This document shows, piece by piece, positions 8,078 through 17,537 of a DNA stretch of 24,366 nt. This DNA comes from Promethearchaeota archaeon. GTDB lineage: Archaea > Asgardarchaeota > Lokiarchaeia > Sigyniarchaeales > SOKP01. Made by a program: the position numbers and the translations under genes. Where the stretch lies: assembly GCA_048938855.1 (NCBI GenBank), contig JBHLLT010000034.1, positions 1 to 24,366 on the forward strand. The letters are read 5' to 3'. Below the pieces are notes generated by a model. That model made no database searches. It had not been told where the DNA came from and worked only from the letters and a program-made list of their open reading frames with translations. Every line of letters starts with the position of its first letter. Positions within the stretch are counted from its first letter, which is position 1.

Positions 8078-9169
8078 TTATTTCTGTATCGCCCAAAAAT
8101 ATTCTCCTCTTTCTCTTACGAGTTCAGCTTTTTTAAATGGTGTTGATTTGATAAACTCTTTAAAACTTTTTTCATCATAAAATCTTGCAAATTTCGCCTC
8201 GAGAAATTTATGCATGATATCAAAAAGCTGAAATCCTTTCTTAGGAGAAAACATATCTGGAATCATAGTTTCTCCTACAATTAATATACCCTCATCTTTT
8301 AACAAAGAATATAAGTTCTCAAAAACACTCCTTCTGTATACTTTATCATGGTCCATTTCATGAAGTACTTGGTTTAATAAAATCAAATCAAATTTATCCA
8401 TATTACTTTTGGCAAATTTTTCGATTGGAATATCCAAAACTTCTACTCTATCATCCATATTAAATTGTTCCATTAACTTTTTAGAATATGATACTGCCCG
8501 AGAGTCAATATCTATTCCAATAAGCTTTGCTCCTTTATATTTCTCACTCCAATTCTTTAGATTAAAACCATAACCACATCCAACCTCTAAAATTCTACCT
8601 TCCTTTCTTAGGGCTCTACTATATTTCTTGAAATATTTGGAAAATAATCTTTCGATTATAATTCCCCAATTGGCGCTATTTTTACCAGCATCTATCAAGA
8701 ATTCTTCTGGTATCTCATTTACATTTGGTATATCTCCTGTTTTAAAAAACTCTACTATTAAATCTTGAAATGGGGCAAAATAATAAAATAAACTTATTAT
8801 AGTACCCACATAAAACATATGATCTTTATTGATAAGCAAATCATACACATATGGTGCAGTTTTTAAGCTTTTCTTTTCTATATTGTCAATTTCAAAAATA
8901 CCACAATCTAGTGACAAATGAATCCAACCATCTAGATAATCAGGATCTAAATTAAGATTATTATGTATTTCTTCTAACGTGAATGATACTGAAGAAATTG
9001 AACCAGAATTTGATAACTTTTTAGCTTTTTCATCAAGATAATCTAAAATGCCCAATCGTTTTCCTATACCAAAACATATGATTGTATTAAATCCATAAAA
9101 TCCTTTTATAAGAAATTTCTTCATCTGGTCCTTTAAAGTGATTTCATTCTTTTCTTGATTTTGAGACAT
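8078..9169 (-). CDS. Class I SAM-dependent methyltransferase with an N-terminal winged-helix-like domain
   Basis: ILEVGCGYG, GIDID, FDLI...VLHE and LLKDEG.L motifs; N-terminal GKRLGILD...YLDGW region. The ATG at 9169 (MSQNQE) follows a GGTGA SD-like sequence and is preferred over the TTG at 9181. Confidence 0.85.
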   Translation of the reverse strand: MSQNQEKNEITLKDQMKKFLIKGFYGFNTIICFGIGKRLGILDYLDEKAKKLSNSGSISSVSFTLEEIHNNLNLDPDYLDGWIHLSLDCGIFEIDNIEKKSLKTAPYVYDLLINKDHMFYVGTIISLFYYFAPFQDLIVEFFKTGDIPNVNEIPEEFLIDAGKNSANWGIIIERLFSKYFKKYSRALRKEGRILEVGCGYGFNLKNWSEKYKGAKLIGIDIDSRAVSYSKKLMEQFNMDDRVEVLDIPIEKFAKSNMDKFDLILLNQVLHEMDHDKVYRRSVFENLYSLLKDEGILIVGETMIPDMFSPKKGFQLFDIMHKFLEAKFARFYDEKSFKEFIKSTPFKKAELVRERGEYFWAIQK

Positions 9170-9345
9170 AGGTTTCACCAAAATTTAACTTTTTGTTAAG
9201 TCTAATTATTATGAATTTACCTATAAATGTTTAGGTAAAAGTAAGAATTTCATAGTTTAAGTTGACTAATAAAAACAGTTTTAAATAGGAATTAAATTAA
9301 TATCAAATACTTAAATTTTAAATTTTTAAAGGCGGTGTTCTTACT

Positions 9346-10593
9346 CTATTTTTTATGCAGTTTTAATTTTTGCTTAAGTCCTTTGTTATTTATGAAAAAA
9401 GGTATAAAAAATAAGAATCCTAAGGCATTGATCATAATTAATAGGTGTAGAAAAGGATGAAGTATGATGTAACTCGTAGCAGGGAAAATATAATTTAGTA
9501 ATAAAGAGATTGGATTAAAATCAGTAAAACCAGTTGTTACTATAATCATATCAATGTCTGGAATAACAAAAATGTTCTGTTGATAACTACCTCTAGCAGC
9601 ATATCCTTTTCCCCAAAAGAGATTCCACCATTGATAACCATATCCAGTATATGAAAGTCTGTTAGGTGGAAATATTACTGAAGGACTAGTAGCTTGAATG
9701 GTCCATATTTGAGATACGATTTGCTGATCTTCCCACCTACCTTCGTTTAAGTATAAATAACCTAATTTTGCCATATCTCTTGGTCTTAGATAGAGAAGTG
9801 TGCCACCATTAGGATTACCTTGAAGATCGACTGACCAAGTATAATCTGTGATACCTAAAGGCGTAAAGAGAAAATCTTCCGCAAATGCTAATGTACCATT
9901 GGGAGTTACTTGGTTAAGAATTGCAGAGAGTAGATGCGACGCCCCAGTATTATAATTCCATCTTGAACCTGGTGAATCACTCATTGGGCGATCCAATATA
10001 TATTGTACACTATCACTACTAGCCCACATAGGATTGAAATTTTCGTCATCTGACCATTCAAATCCAGAAGTCATCGTTAGTAAATGCCAAATTTTAATAT
10101 TTTGTTTTCTTGAATCCATATTATCTATCGTTCTATTGGGGAAAAAATCAAGGATATTGCTGTAAATTCCTTCAATATAGCCTTTATCAATGGCAATTCC
10201 AATCAATGTTGATGTGAAACTTTTAGTTACTGAATATAAAAGGTGTTTATCGTTTTCATCATATATATCAGACGGGTAGCTCTCATATATAAGATATCCA
10301 TTTCTTATAATTAATAATGAATCAATGGCAAGCCTCATACTACTAGATTGGATAAAATCCTCCATCTCAACAAGCCTTAGAGAATCCAATCCTTGACTTT
10401 CGGGTGAAGATGTAACCCATCCTGTAGTTGGCCAGTAATCTGGGCCATTTGAGCTTATTTTAATGTTTTGGTTTTCATGATATAAGTTGAAACCCTTTTC
10501 ATTCAAAATTATGAAGTTATTTACCAAAGGAAGAAAATTCCCGCATAAAAAAAATATAATAAGTAGTTTTAGATAATTGGATCCAATAAGCAC
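9346..10593 (-). CDS. Beta-lactamase/class C-like serine hydrolase (NylB-like), secreted and membrane-anchored
   Basis: SxxK in YSVTKSF, HLLTMTSG, PG.RWNYNT, RPRDMAKLG, YGYQWW, ARGSYQQ. Hydrophobic N-terminus, and a C-terminal TM segment followed by a basic tail. Confidence 0.85.
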   Translation of the reverse strand: MLIGSNYLKLLIIFFLCGNFLPLVNNFIILNEKGFNLYHENQNIKISSNGPDYWPTTGWVTSSPESQGLDSLRLVEMEDFIQSSSMRLAIDSLLIIRNGYLIYESYPSDIYDENDKHLLYSVTKSFTSTLIGIAIDKGYIEGIYSNILDFFPNRTIDNMDSRKQNIKIWHLLTMTSGFEWSDDENFNPMWASSDSVQYILDRPMSDSPGSRWNYNTGASHLLSAILNQVTPNGTLAFAEDFLFTPLGITDYTWSVDLQGNPNGGTLLYLRPRDMAKLGYLYLNEGRWEDQQIVSQIWTIQATSPSVIFPPNRLSYTGYGYQWWNLFWGKGYAARGSYQQNIFVIPDIDMIIVTTGFTDFNPISLLLNYIFPATSYIILHPFLHLLIMINALGFLFFIPFFINNKGLKQKLKLHKK

Positions 10594-10999
10594 TCACAAT
10601 TATTCAATGATAATTGATATGTTCGTAATTGAATTCAAGGCTTTTTAAATTATATACTGAGAAAGGAAATAAACTTCAATATTAAGACAATTATCATAAT
10701 TAAATACAAATTCTGTTCTATCTTGCCAAATACTTAAAAAAATACGAATAAAAATTATTCAAATTAAGCCCTGTATAATTACTTCTTAAGTCCTCGAATA
10801 TTACCAAAAAATGTTATAAAAAACAATATACTTAGGGAAGGAAAAAGAATTCTTATTTGAATAACGGGATGAAGTATATTGATAGTTTTATTTTCAAATT
10901 CAAAATGTTTTAATGATGTAAGAAATTTTGAGTGATATTATTATTAATTTGATTAAAAAAATCTAAAAAAAACAATACGTAAAAATTAAGTGAAAAATT

Positions 11000-13123
11000 A
11001 TGGCTGTACCACTAATTATAATTGTTGCTTTATTTGCGGGTGGATTATCATTATTTATGGCGTACTATTTTAGAAGGTTGGTTTTAAAAGAAGATCCGGG
11101 AAACGAAAGAATGGTTGAAGTAGCGGGATATATAGAGAAAGGAGCGACAACTTATCTCAAAATCCAATATAAAATTTTAGGGATTTTCGTTGCTGTCCTA
11201 TTTGTTATAATTTTACTACTTTTACCATCTGAAATGACTGCTCAGACTGTTCCAATTTTAAGTGGAGATCTTAATTGGGAACAAGCTTTAGCATATTTAA
11301 TTGGATCAGTCGGTTCCATGTTAGCTGGCTGGTTGGGTATGTATGTTGGAGTTAAAGCAAATACTCGAGCAGCTCAAGGTTGTACCATTGGAACCAAGAA
11401 AGGGTTTGACATTGCGTTCTTTGGAGGCTCAGTGATGGGTTTAGCTGTAGTGGGTGTTGCATTAATTGGAATATCTACCCTTTATATAATCTTTCAACAA
11501 CCTTTAGTAATATTGGGTTTCAGTTTTGGTGCGAGTAGTATTGCCCTTTTTATGAAATGTGGTGGTGGTATTTACACAAAAACTGCAGATGTAGGGGCTG
11601 ATCTTGTCGGCAAAGCAGAATATAACCTTCCAGAGGATGATCCAAGAAATCCTGCCACAATAGCTGACAATGTTGGCGATAATGTAGGTGATATTGCTGG
11701 AATGGGAAGCGACCTTTTCGATTCGTATGTTGCCTCTATTGTTGCAGCAATGATTTTAGCAGCAGCATTGATTATCACCGATCCTTCAGGATCTTTCGTT
11801 ATTTATCCCATAGTATTATCGGGAGTCGGATTAATAGCATCTCTTATAGGAATTTTCTTAATTAAATGGAAGGGCTCTGAAGATCCGGGGAAATCTTTAA
11901 ATTATGGTACCTACCTCTCTACAATTATATTTGCCGGTCTAGGAGCATTGTTTGCCTATTTAATGATGTTGGATCCCTTGTTTAACCCAACCCATAACGG
12001 AAAAATCTGGCTTGATTATTTTGCAGTTTTATTAGGTTTAGGAGGTGGGTTAATTATTGGTTTTACGAGTGATTATTATACGAGGGATGATCGAAAGCCC
12101 ACTCAAACTATAGCTCACGCAGCAAAAGAGGGGCATGCTGTAGTAGTTCTTTCTGGACTTTCATACGGATTAATTAGCGTTGTTCCTCCAGCAATAGGGA
12201 TCTCAATTGCTATGATTTTTGCTTTTATACTTGATGGATTCTTTGGTGTAGCAATGGCTGCTGTTGGAATGTTAGCAATTGTAGGAACAATTGTTTCTAA
12301 TGATGCTTATGGTCCTATAGTTGATAATGCTAGATCTATTGCAGAACAAGGAGAATTAGGTGATGATATTATTCGTACTGCTGATAGATTAGATTCTGCA
12401 GGAAATACTGCAAAAGCAATAACTAAAGGATTCGCAATTGGAGCTGCTAACCTAACAGTCTTAGCACTGTTATTCTCTTATGCAACAGAAGCGGGTCTTA
12501 CAATACCCCTCCCTGGAAATACAATAGGGGATATATCTTTATTAAACGTGAGTGTCTTAATTGGGGGTTTTATCGGTGTAGTCGTTCCAGCTTTATTTTC
12601 AGCGTTGCTAATACGAGCAGTTCAAAGAAACGCAGCAAAAATGGTAGATGAAATTCGAAGGCAATTTGAATCTAATCCAAAAATTCTTACTGGTGAAGAA
12701 GCGGCTGATTTCAGTAGGACCATTAATATTGCAACAAGAGGTTCACTTAGGGAATTAATTTTACCTAGTATAATATCGATTTTTATACCTATTGTAGTAG
12801 GAATTTTATTTGGTGTCGCTTCATTAGGAGCGTTTTTAGCAGGAGCGATTTTATCTGGATTTGTTTTCGCAATAATGATGGCTAATGCAGGTGGGTCTTG
12901 GGATAATGCTAAAAAGTGGATAGAAGATGGAAATTTAGGAGGGAAAGGAACTGATATTCATAAGGCTTCTATTACGGGAGATACTGTTGGAGATCCATTT
13001 AAAGATACCGCAGGTCCAAGTATAAATACTCTCTTAGTAGTAATGTCCCTTACAGCATCTATCTTTATGGGATTCTTGCTTTTATTCAATGGCGGAGCTG
13101 GATTAATAGGCGCTTTAATTTAG
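11000..13123 (+). CDS. hppA: Membrane-integral ion-translocating pyrophosphatase (K+-independent signature)
   Basis: GGGIYTKTADVGADLVGK.E, PEDDPRNPATIADNVGDNVGD, DAYGPIVDNA, LDSAGNTAKAITKG, GGSWDNAKK, GDTVGDPFKDTAGP, and many hydrophobic TM segments. Confidence 0.96.
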   Translation: MAVPLIIIVALFAGGLSLFMAYYFRRLVLKEDPGNERMVEVAGYIEKGATTYLKIQYKILGIFVAVLFVIILLLLPSEMTAQTVPILSGDLNWEQALAYLIGSVGSMLAGWLGMYVGVKANTRAAQGCTIGTKKGFDIAFFGGSVMGLAVVGVALIGISTLYIIFQQPLVILGFSFGASSIALFMKCGGGIYTKTADVGADLVGKAEYNLPEDDPRNPATIADNVGDNVGDIAGMGSDLFDSYVASIVAAMILAAALIITDPSGSFVIYPIVLSGVGLIASLIGIFLIKWKGSEDPGKSLNYGTYLSTIIFAGLGALFAYLMMLDPLFNPTHNGKIWLDYFAVLLGLGGGLIIGFTSDYYTRDDRKPTQTIAHAAKEGHAVVVLSGLSYGLISVVPPAIGISIAMIFAFILDGFFGVAMAAVGMLAIVGTIVSNDAYGPIVDNARSIAEQGELGDDIIRTADRLDSAGNTAKAITKGFAIGAANLTVLALLFSYATEAGLTIPLPGNTIGDISLLNVSVLIGGFIGVVVPALFSALLIRAVQRNAAKMVDEIRRQFESNPKILTGEEAADFSRTINIATRGSLRELILPSIISIFIPIVVGILFGVASLGAFLAGAILSGFVFAIMMANAGGSWDNAKKWIEDGNLGGKGTDIHKASITGDTVGDPFKDTAGPSINTLLVVMSLTASIFMGFLLLFNGGAGLIGALI

Positions 13124-13146
13124 AACAACCAAATTTTCATTAATTA

Positions 13147-13164
13147 TTTTTTCTTTTTTTTTTT
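13147..13164 (+). terminator. Poly-T archaeal-type terminator after hppA
   Basis: Near-pure T tract (TTTTTTCTTTTTTTTTTT) about 25 bp downstream of the hppA stop. Confidence 0.5.
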
Positions 13165-13293
13165 AGAAAAATCAAAACTTCCTTAATTTTCTAAAGAATT
13201 ATTTCCCAAAATTAAAAACTCTGTTTAAATAATTCTTTCATAAATATTACAAATATATAATATTAAGTTTTTCAAATTAAGGAATGTATTAGT

Positions 13294-14307
13294 ATGTTTG
13301 ATAAATCTTATTGTCCCAATTGTGAAAATATAGATTGCTTAACACGATGTCAATGGATTGATGTTGATAAAGGTACAGGAAGAATTGAAATGGATAAGAT
13401 GATTAATGGAAAGGAGTCATTCGTCCTAAAGGAATGCGTTACATGTTTTGCGTGTGATGAATATTGCCCTTATAATTCTCATCCATTTGATCTATTTACA
13501 GAATTACAGGAAAAATATAATTCATTCAATATTGAGCCGCAATTTTTAAACAATTTGATTAAACAATTTGAACCTCCTAAAGAATTAAGACTAAAAGAAA
13601 TTGATCCTAATAAACCGGTTTTTCATAAATGCACTTTTACGAGCATTACTGGAGAACAAATGAAAGGACAAATGTTTGATAATTTACAATATATAAGTGG
13701 ACGTGCATTTTTTTGTAATTTACAATATCATCACGTAGCGAGGGATTCAGTAATTAGAGAAAGATTACCCATTATTCTTGATAACATTAAACAACATGGC
13801 ATAAAAGAGTTAATTTGCTGGCACGATGAATGTTATGGGCTTTGGACTTCCTATTGTCAAAGAAATAATATTGAAGTACCTTTTAAACCGATACATCTCT
13901 TTGAATATGTATATAATTACCTCAAAGAACATGAATCAGAAATTACTAAACTGAATATGAAGATTGCATATCACAGAAATTGCTCCAATAGATTTATACC
14001 TGAAACTGATAACTGGGTTGATAAAATTTGTGAGTTAATAGGAGTAGAGAGAGTTGCAAGAGAATATGATAGAGAAAATGCATTATGTTGCGGAGGAGCA
14101 TTTGCATGGATAGGTAAAGCTAATTTGGTAAGACCAACTCAAAATAGAAACGTTAAAGACATGGTTGATCATGGTGCTGAAGCTTGTGTATATAATTGTC
14201 CAATGTGTAAGCAAGTTTTGGGAGCAAAAGTAGAAAGAAAAGGAATGAAGAATTATCTACTAAGTGATTTAGCGCGTATGGCACTTGGGGAAGAATTAAA
14301 TTATTAA
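13294..14307 (+). CDS. (Fe-S)-binding protein with CCG domain(s), HdrD/GlpC-related
   Basis: N-terminal Cys clusters CPNC...CLTRC and CVTCFACDEYCP. C-terminal CCG domain YHRNC...CCGG...CPMC; the first CCG domain is degenerate (FCN...HDECY). Confidence 0.8.
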   Translation: MFDKSYCPNCENIDCLTRCQWIDVDKGTGRIEMDKMINGKESFVLKECVTCFACDEYCPYNSHPFDLFTELQEKYNSFNIEPQFLNNLIKQFEPPKELRLKEIDPNKPVFHKCTFTSITGEQMKGQMFDNLQYISGRAFFCNLQYHHVARDSVIRERLPIILDNIKQHGIKELICWHDECYGLWTSYCQRNNIEVPFKPIHLFEYVYNYLKEHESEITKLNMKIAYHRNCSNRFIPETDNWVDKICELIGVERVAREYDRENALCCGGAFAWIGKANLVRPTQNRNVKDMVDHGAEACVYNCPMCKQVLGAKVERKGMKNYLLSDLARMALGEELNY

Positions 14308-14332
14308 AATTAGAGATAAAATTTTATTCTTT

Positions 14333-15505
14333 TTATTTATTTACGCTAATATCTAGTGTGTCTAAAATTTCTAATAAGTCTATTACTTCAATTTCCATTT
14401 TAAACTTTTCATTGGCATCTGATAAGTTCGTTCTACAGAATGGACATATTGAAGATATTACAGACGCACCAGTTTCTTTAGCTTCTTCTAATCTTTCTTT
14501 TGAGACTTCTACTGACCATTCAGGATAACCTATCTTTACACCACCTCCTGCTCCGCAACACCAAGCATTTTCACGGTTTCGTCGCATTTCCACCAAATTT
14601 ATTCCAGGAATAGTTTTATATATTTCTCTTGGAATTTCATACATTCCCATATGACGTCCTAAGTGGCAAGGATCATGATAAGTCACTGTTTTCTGGAATT
14701 CGGAATTAATAGAAATTCGCTCTTCATCCAATAATTTCTTAATTAATTCAACGGTATGGTATACTTCAAATCCAAAATCTGCACCTAATTTTACCCAGTC
14801 TTTTTTTATAGTTCGATAGCAACCAGCACAAGAAGTTATCACTTTTTCAGCTCCAGTTCGATTAATCAGGTTAATGTTATAATTCATAAAGTCTTTTACA
14901 GATTTTGTTTGACCTGTTCGAAGTAATGGGCTGCAACAGCAATGTTCATCAACTAAAGTAAAGTTTATATTTGTTTTTTTAAGAAATCTTATAGTAGCAT
15001 CCCTAAGTTCTTTTTGTCGATAATTAGAAGTGCAACCTATGAAATAAACCCATTCTGCTTCGTCAGGTAAATTATATTTCCTTTTTAATTCAGTATTATC
15101 CGAGTTAGGCTCTGCATATGGATTATAAAATTGTGGATCTTCAGTTCTTTCTAATAAAACTTTTTGCTTTTCTGGGCAAACACCATTTTCAACAGCTAAT
15201 GCTCGACCAGCTTCGATGAAATCAACTAAGAAATCTTTAAATTTATCAAATCGACAATTTTCAGTACAATTTCCACATGTACTACAAGCATATATAGCAT
15301 TGACAATACCTTCATTCCATTTAATTTCACCACTTAAAATACCATAAATTAGCCATAATCTACCACCTGTACTATATGTTTCAAATTTATGCTTTTTATA
15401 ACTAGGACAATTAAATTCACTAAAATCCTCCGTAAATTTGCAATAACCACACCGAAAGCATCGATGGATGATATTCCTCCAATCTTGTTTCTCTTCTATT
15501 GTCAA
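14333..15505 (-). CDS. HdrD/GlcF/GlpC-like Fe-S oxidoreductase (2x[4Fe-4S] plus two CCG domains)
   Basis: CFRCGYC...CP, CSTCGNC...C, FIGC...HCCCSP...CAGC, YHDPCHLGRH...CCGAGGG...CPFC. TTG start with a GGAGGTGA SD inside the end of the upstream gene, indicating translational coupling. Confidence 0.9.
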   Translation of the reverse strand: MTIEEKQDWRNIIHRCFRCGYCKFTEDFSEFNCPSYKKHKFETYSTGGRLWLIYGILSGEIKWNEGIVNAIYACSTCGNCTENCRFDKFKDFLVDFIEAGRALAVENGVCPEKQKVLLERTEDPQFYNPYAEPNSDNTELKRKYNLPDEAEWVYFIGCTSNYRQKELRDATIRFLKKTNINFTLVDEHCCCSPLLRTGQTKSVKDFMNYNINLINRTGAEKVITSCAGCYRTIKKDWVKLGADFGFEVYHTVELIKKLLDEERISINSEFQKTVTYHDPCHLGRHMGMYEIPREIYKTIPGINLVEMRRNRENAWCCGAGGGVKIGYPEWSVEVSKERLEEAKETGASVISSICPFCRTNLSDANEKFKMEIEVIDLLEILDTLDISVNK

Positions 15506-15507
15506 GT

Positions 15508-16893
15508 TTATTTCACCTCCCAGTTACCTGGATTTAATATCCCATTGGGATCCAAGGTATTCTTAATGGTCTTCAATAATTTTTTATAATTTGGATCCAT
15601 TTTTTCAAGAATTAATTGTTGTCCTGGTAATTCTACTTTCCATGGGATTCCACCTAATTCTAAAGCAAGCATATTTGTTTCGTGAAGCGCATTCCTAGCA
15701 ATCTCCATATCTTTAGGATCTGCTCTATTAAATGAAAAGGAGACGAACATAATTATTGTATGGGTCCCACTCATTAATCTTGACCCTATTGTCGGAGGGA
15801 TTCCATATTTTCTAGATATTTCAGCTGCTCGTAAGTACCCTTCTGGAATTTTTTCAAGTGGCATAAAGGCACCAACATATTCAAAACCTCCTCCTTTTCG
15901 ATAATCCGCAGGTCCAGCAGCGAAAATAGGTTTTCCCATATATAATTTATGCATTTTAGCGGGTGCTTTCATAAATCTTGCATTATTTTTTCTATATATT
16001 TTTTTTAACAATTTAGTTTGCCGTTCTATGTCTTCTTCAATTTCTCCTGTAATATATGTCATTATAAATATGTAACCTTTCATCCATTCTGGCTTATCTT
16101 GCATTCCAAGAAGTATATCTTCTGCAAAGTGTTGCGCTGTTATATTTAAGAGAAGATTAGGTATTTCTTTTGGATCTTGTAATAACCCAAAAACAATATC
16201 TCGTAATTTTGGTTTTGGATATAATTTTAGTGAAAGTTTTGTAATTATTCCCATGGTGCCAAATGAGCTAATAAACATTCCAATAAAATCTGGGATAGGT
16301 CCTCTGGTAAACCAATAATCCGAAGTTGCACAGGATCCTAATTTACATACATCACCATTCGGAAGAACAACTTCCAAACCATTAATCATGGTTCCATGGT
16401 CTCCATGTCTCTGGGAGAGATAACCAGAACCATGAATTAGTACATTTCCCGCTACTGTAGCTGAAGGAGGTGCATCTGGAATAGGAGGTTGTAGATCTGG
16501 ATAACGATTATTCAAGTTAGATAGTAAATGGCCTGTGGTTACTCCCGCTTCAATGAGCGCATATCGACTTTTTTCATTTATTTCGATGATTTTATTCATT
16601 CTTTTCATGTCAATAACAATCCCTCCATGTATAGGGACAACTAAAGCACTAAGAGTCAACCCTCCTCCCATTGGTATTAGAGGTATTTTTTCCTGGTTTG
16701 CTAATTGTACAATTTTTTGGATTTCTTTAACATCTTTAGGCATAATAACAAAATCAACTGGACGAGCTAATGACGCACCAGGATCCTGAGAATAAATATA
16801 TAAATCTTCAGTTCTATTTGAAACGAAATCTTTTCCCACAATTTCCTCAAGACTTTTTAAAATTTCACTGTTATTCATACTGCTACTCTCCAT
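15508..16893 (-). CDS. FAD-binding oxidoreductase, GlcD/D-lactate dehydrogenase/VAO superfamily
   Basis: P....EIQ.IV.LAN, P.GGG..L, GGIVIDM.RMNKI.EI, EAGVT, ATVAGN, GLEVVLPNG, GT.GIITK, and C-terminal K..LDPNGILNPG. Confidence 0.9.
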   Translation of the reverse strand: MESSSMNNSEILKSLEEIVGKDFVSNRTEDLYIYSQDPGASLARPVDFVIMPKDVKEIQKIVQLANQEKIPLIPMGGGLTLSALVVPIHGGIVIDMKRMNKIIEINEKSRYALIEAGVTTGHLLSNLNNRYPDLQPPIPDAPPSATVAGNVLIHGSGYLSQRHGDHGTMINGLEVVLPNGDVCKLGSCATSDYWFTRGPIPDFIGMFISSFGTMGIITKLSLKLYPKPKLRDIVFGLLQDPKEIPNLLLNITAQHFAEDILLGMQDKPEWMKGYIFIMTYITGEIEEDIERQTKLLKKIYRKNNARFMKAPAKMHKLYMGKPIFAAGPADYRKGGGFEYVGAFMPLEKIPEGYLRAAEISRKYGIPPTIGSRLMSGTHTIIMFVSFSFNRADPKDMEIARNALHETNMLALELGGIPWKVELPGQQLILEKMDPNYKKLLKTIKNTLDPNGILNPGNWEVK

Positions 16894-17261
16894 AATTCAA
16901 GGTTATTATAAATTAAGTGTTGCTTTTGAAATATATATAATTAATTACTGGGCTAAAAAAGATAAATGATTATATTTTTTGAGTATATCCCTTATCTTAA
17001 CTTAAAATCATATAAAAAAGTTAAATGAAAGAAATTCCAAGCCACATATCTTCAAAATCTATAAATTCTTATATCGAAAAGAATATTTATGATTTTTATA
17101 ATAAATTTTCAATGCACCCTACTATTTTTTTTCTTGTTTTCAATTTAGGTTAATCATAAAATTATTGCAAATTTTTGCACAATTTTACCATAATATTTTT
17201 AATACGAATTTCTATAGAGGAATTGGGATAAGAATATTTATCAAATTAATTGATTTTAAGT

Positions 17262-17537
17262 ATGGAAAAATTAAGGAAATTACTTAATAAGAGAGGATTA
17301 TATAATACATTCAATGTGCTCTCTCTATTTGACAATTATAGAGCAGATAAGCATTTATTTTATCAAAGACTTAATGAGTTTAGTCATTATAATTCATTTC
17401 TTCGTATTAAAGAAGAGTTATTAGAAAAAAAATTACTTATTGTTGATAACCATAATAAAGCATCATATTATGAACTTACGGCTAAAGGGAAACGTATGTA
17501 TTGTTTACTAAAAGAATTGTACAAATTAGTAGAATAG
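17262..17537 (+). CDS. Small winged-helix DNA-binding protein
   Basis: C-terminal LLEKKLL....YYELTAKGK wing motif typical of wHTH regulators. The ATG at 17262 is preferred to the TTG at 17250. Confidence 0.65.
   Translation: MEKLRKLLNKRGLYNTFNVLSLFDNYRADKHLFYQRLNEFSHYNSFLRIKEELLEKKLLIVDNHNKASYYELTAKGKRMYCLLKELYKLVE

Noticed and set aside
10594-10999. 405-bp intergenic region upstream of hppA as an ncRNA or riboswitch (weak cttcttaagt/acttagggaag complementarity)
   Set aside because: No GC-rich stable stem or recognisable RNA motif. Consistent with a plain divergent promoter region.
11572-11778. 68-aa - strand ORF
   Set aside because: Antisense to the conserved catalytic loop of hppA.
15389-16789. 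+ strand ORFs 15389-15589 and 16535-16789
   Set aside because: Antisense to the well-supported FAD oxidoreductase/CCG operon.
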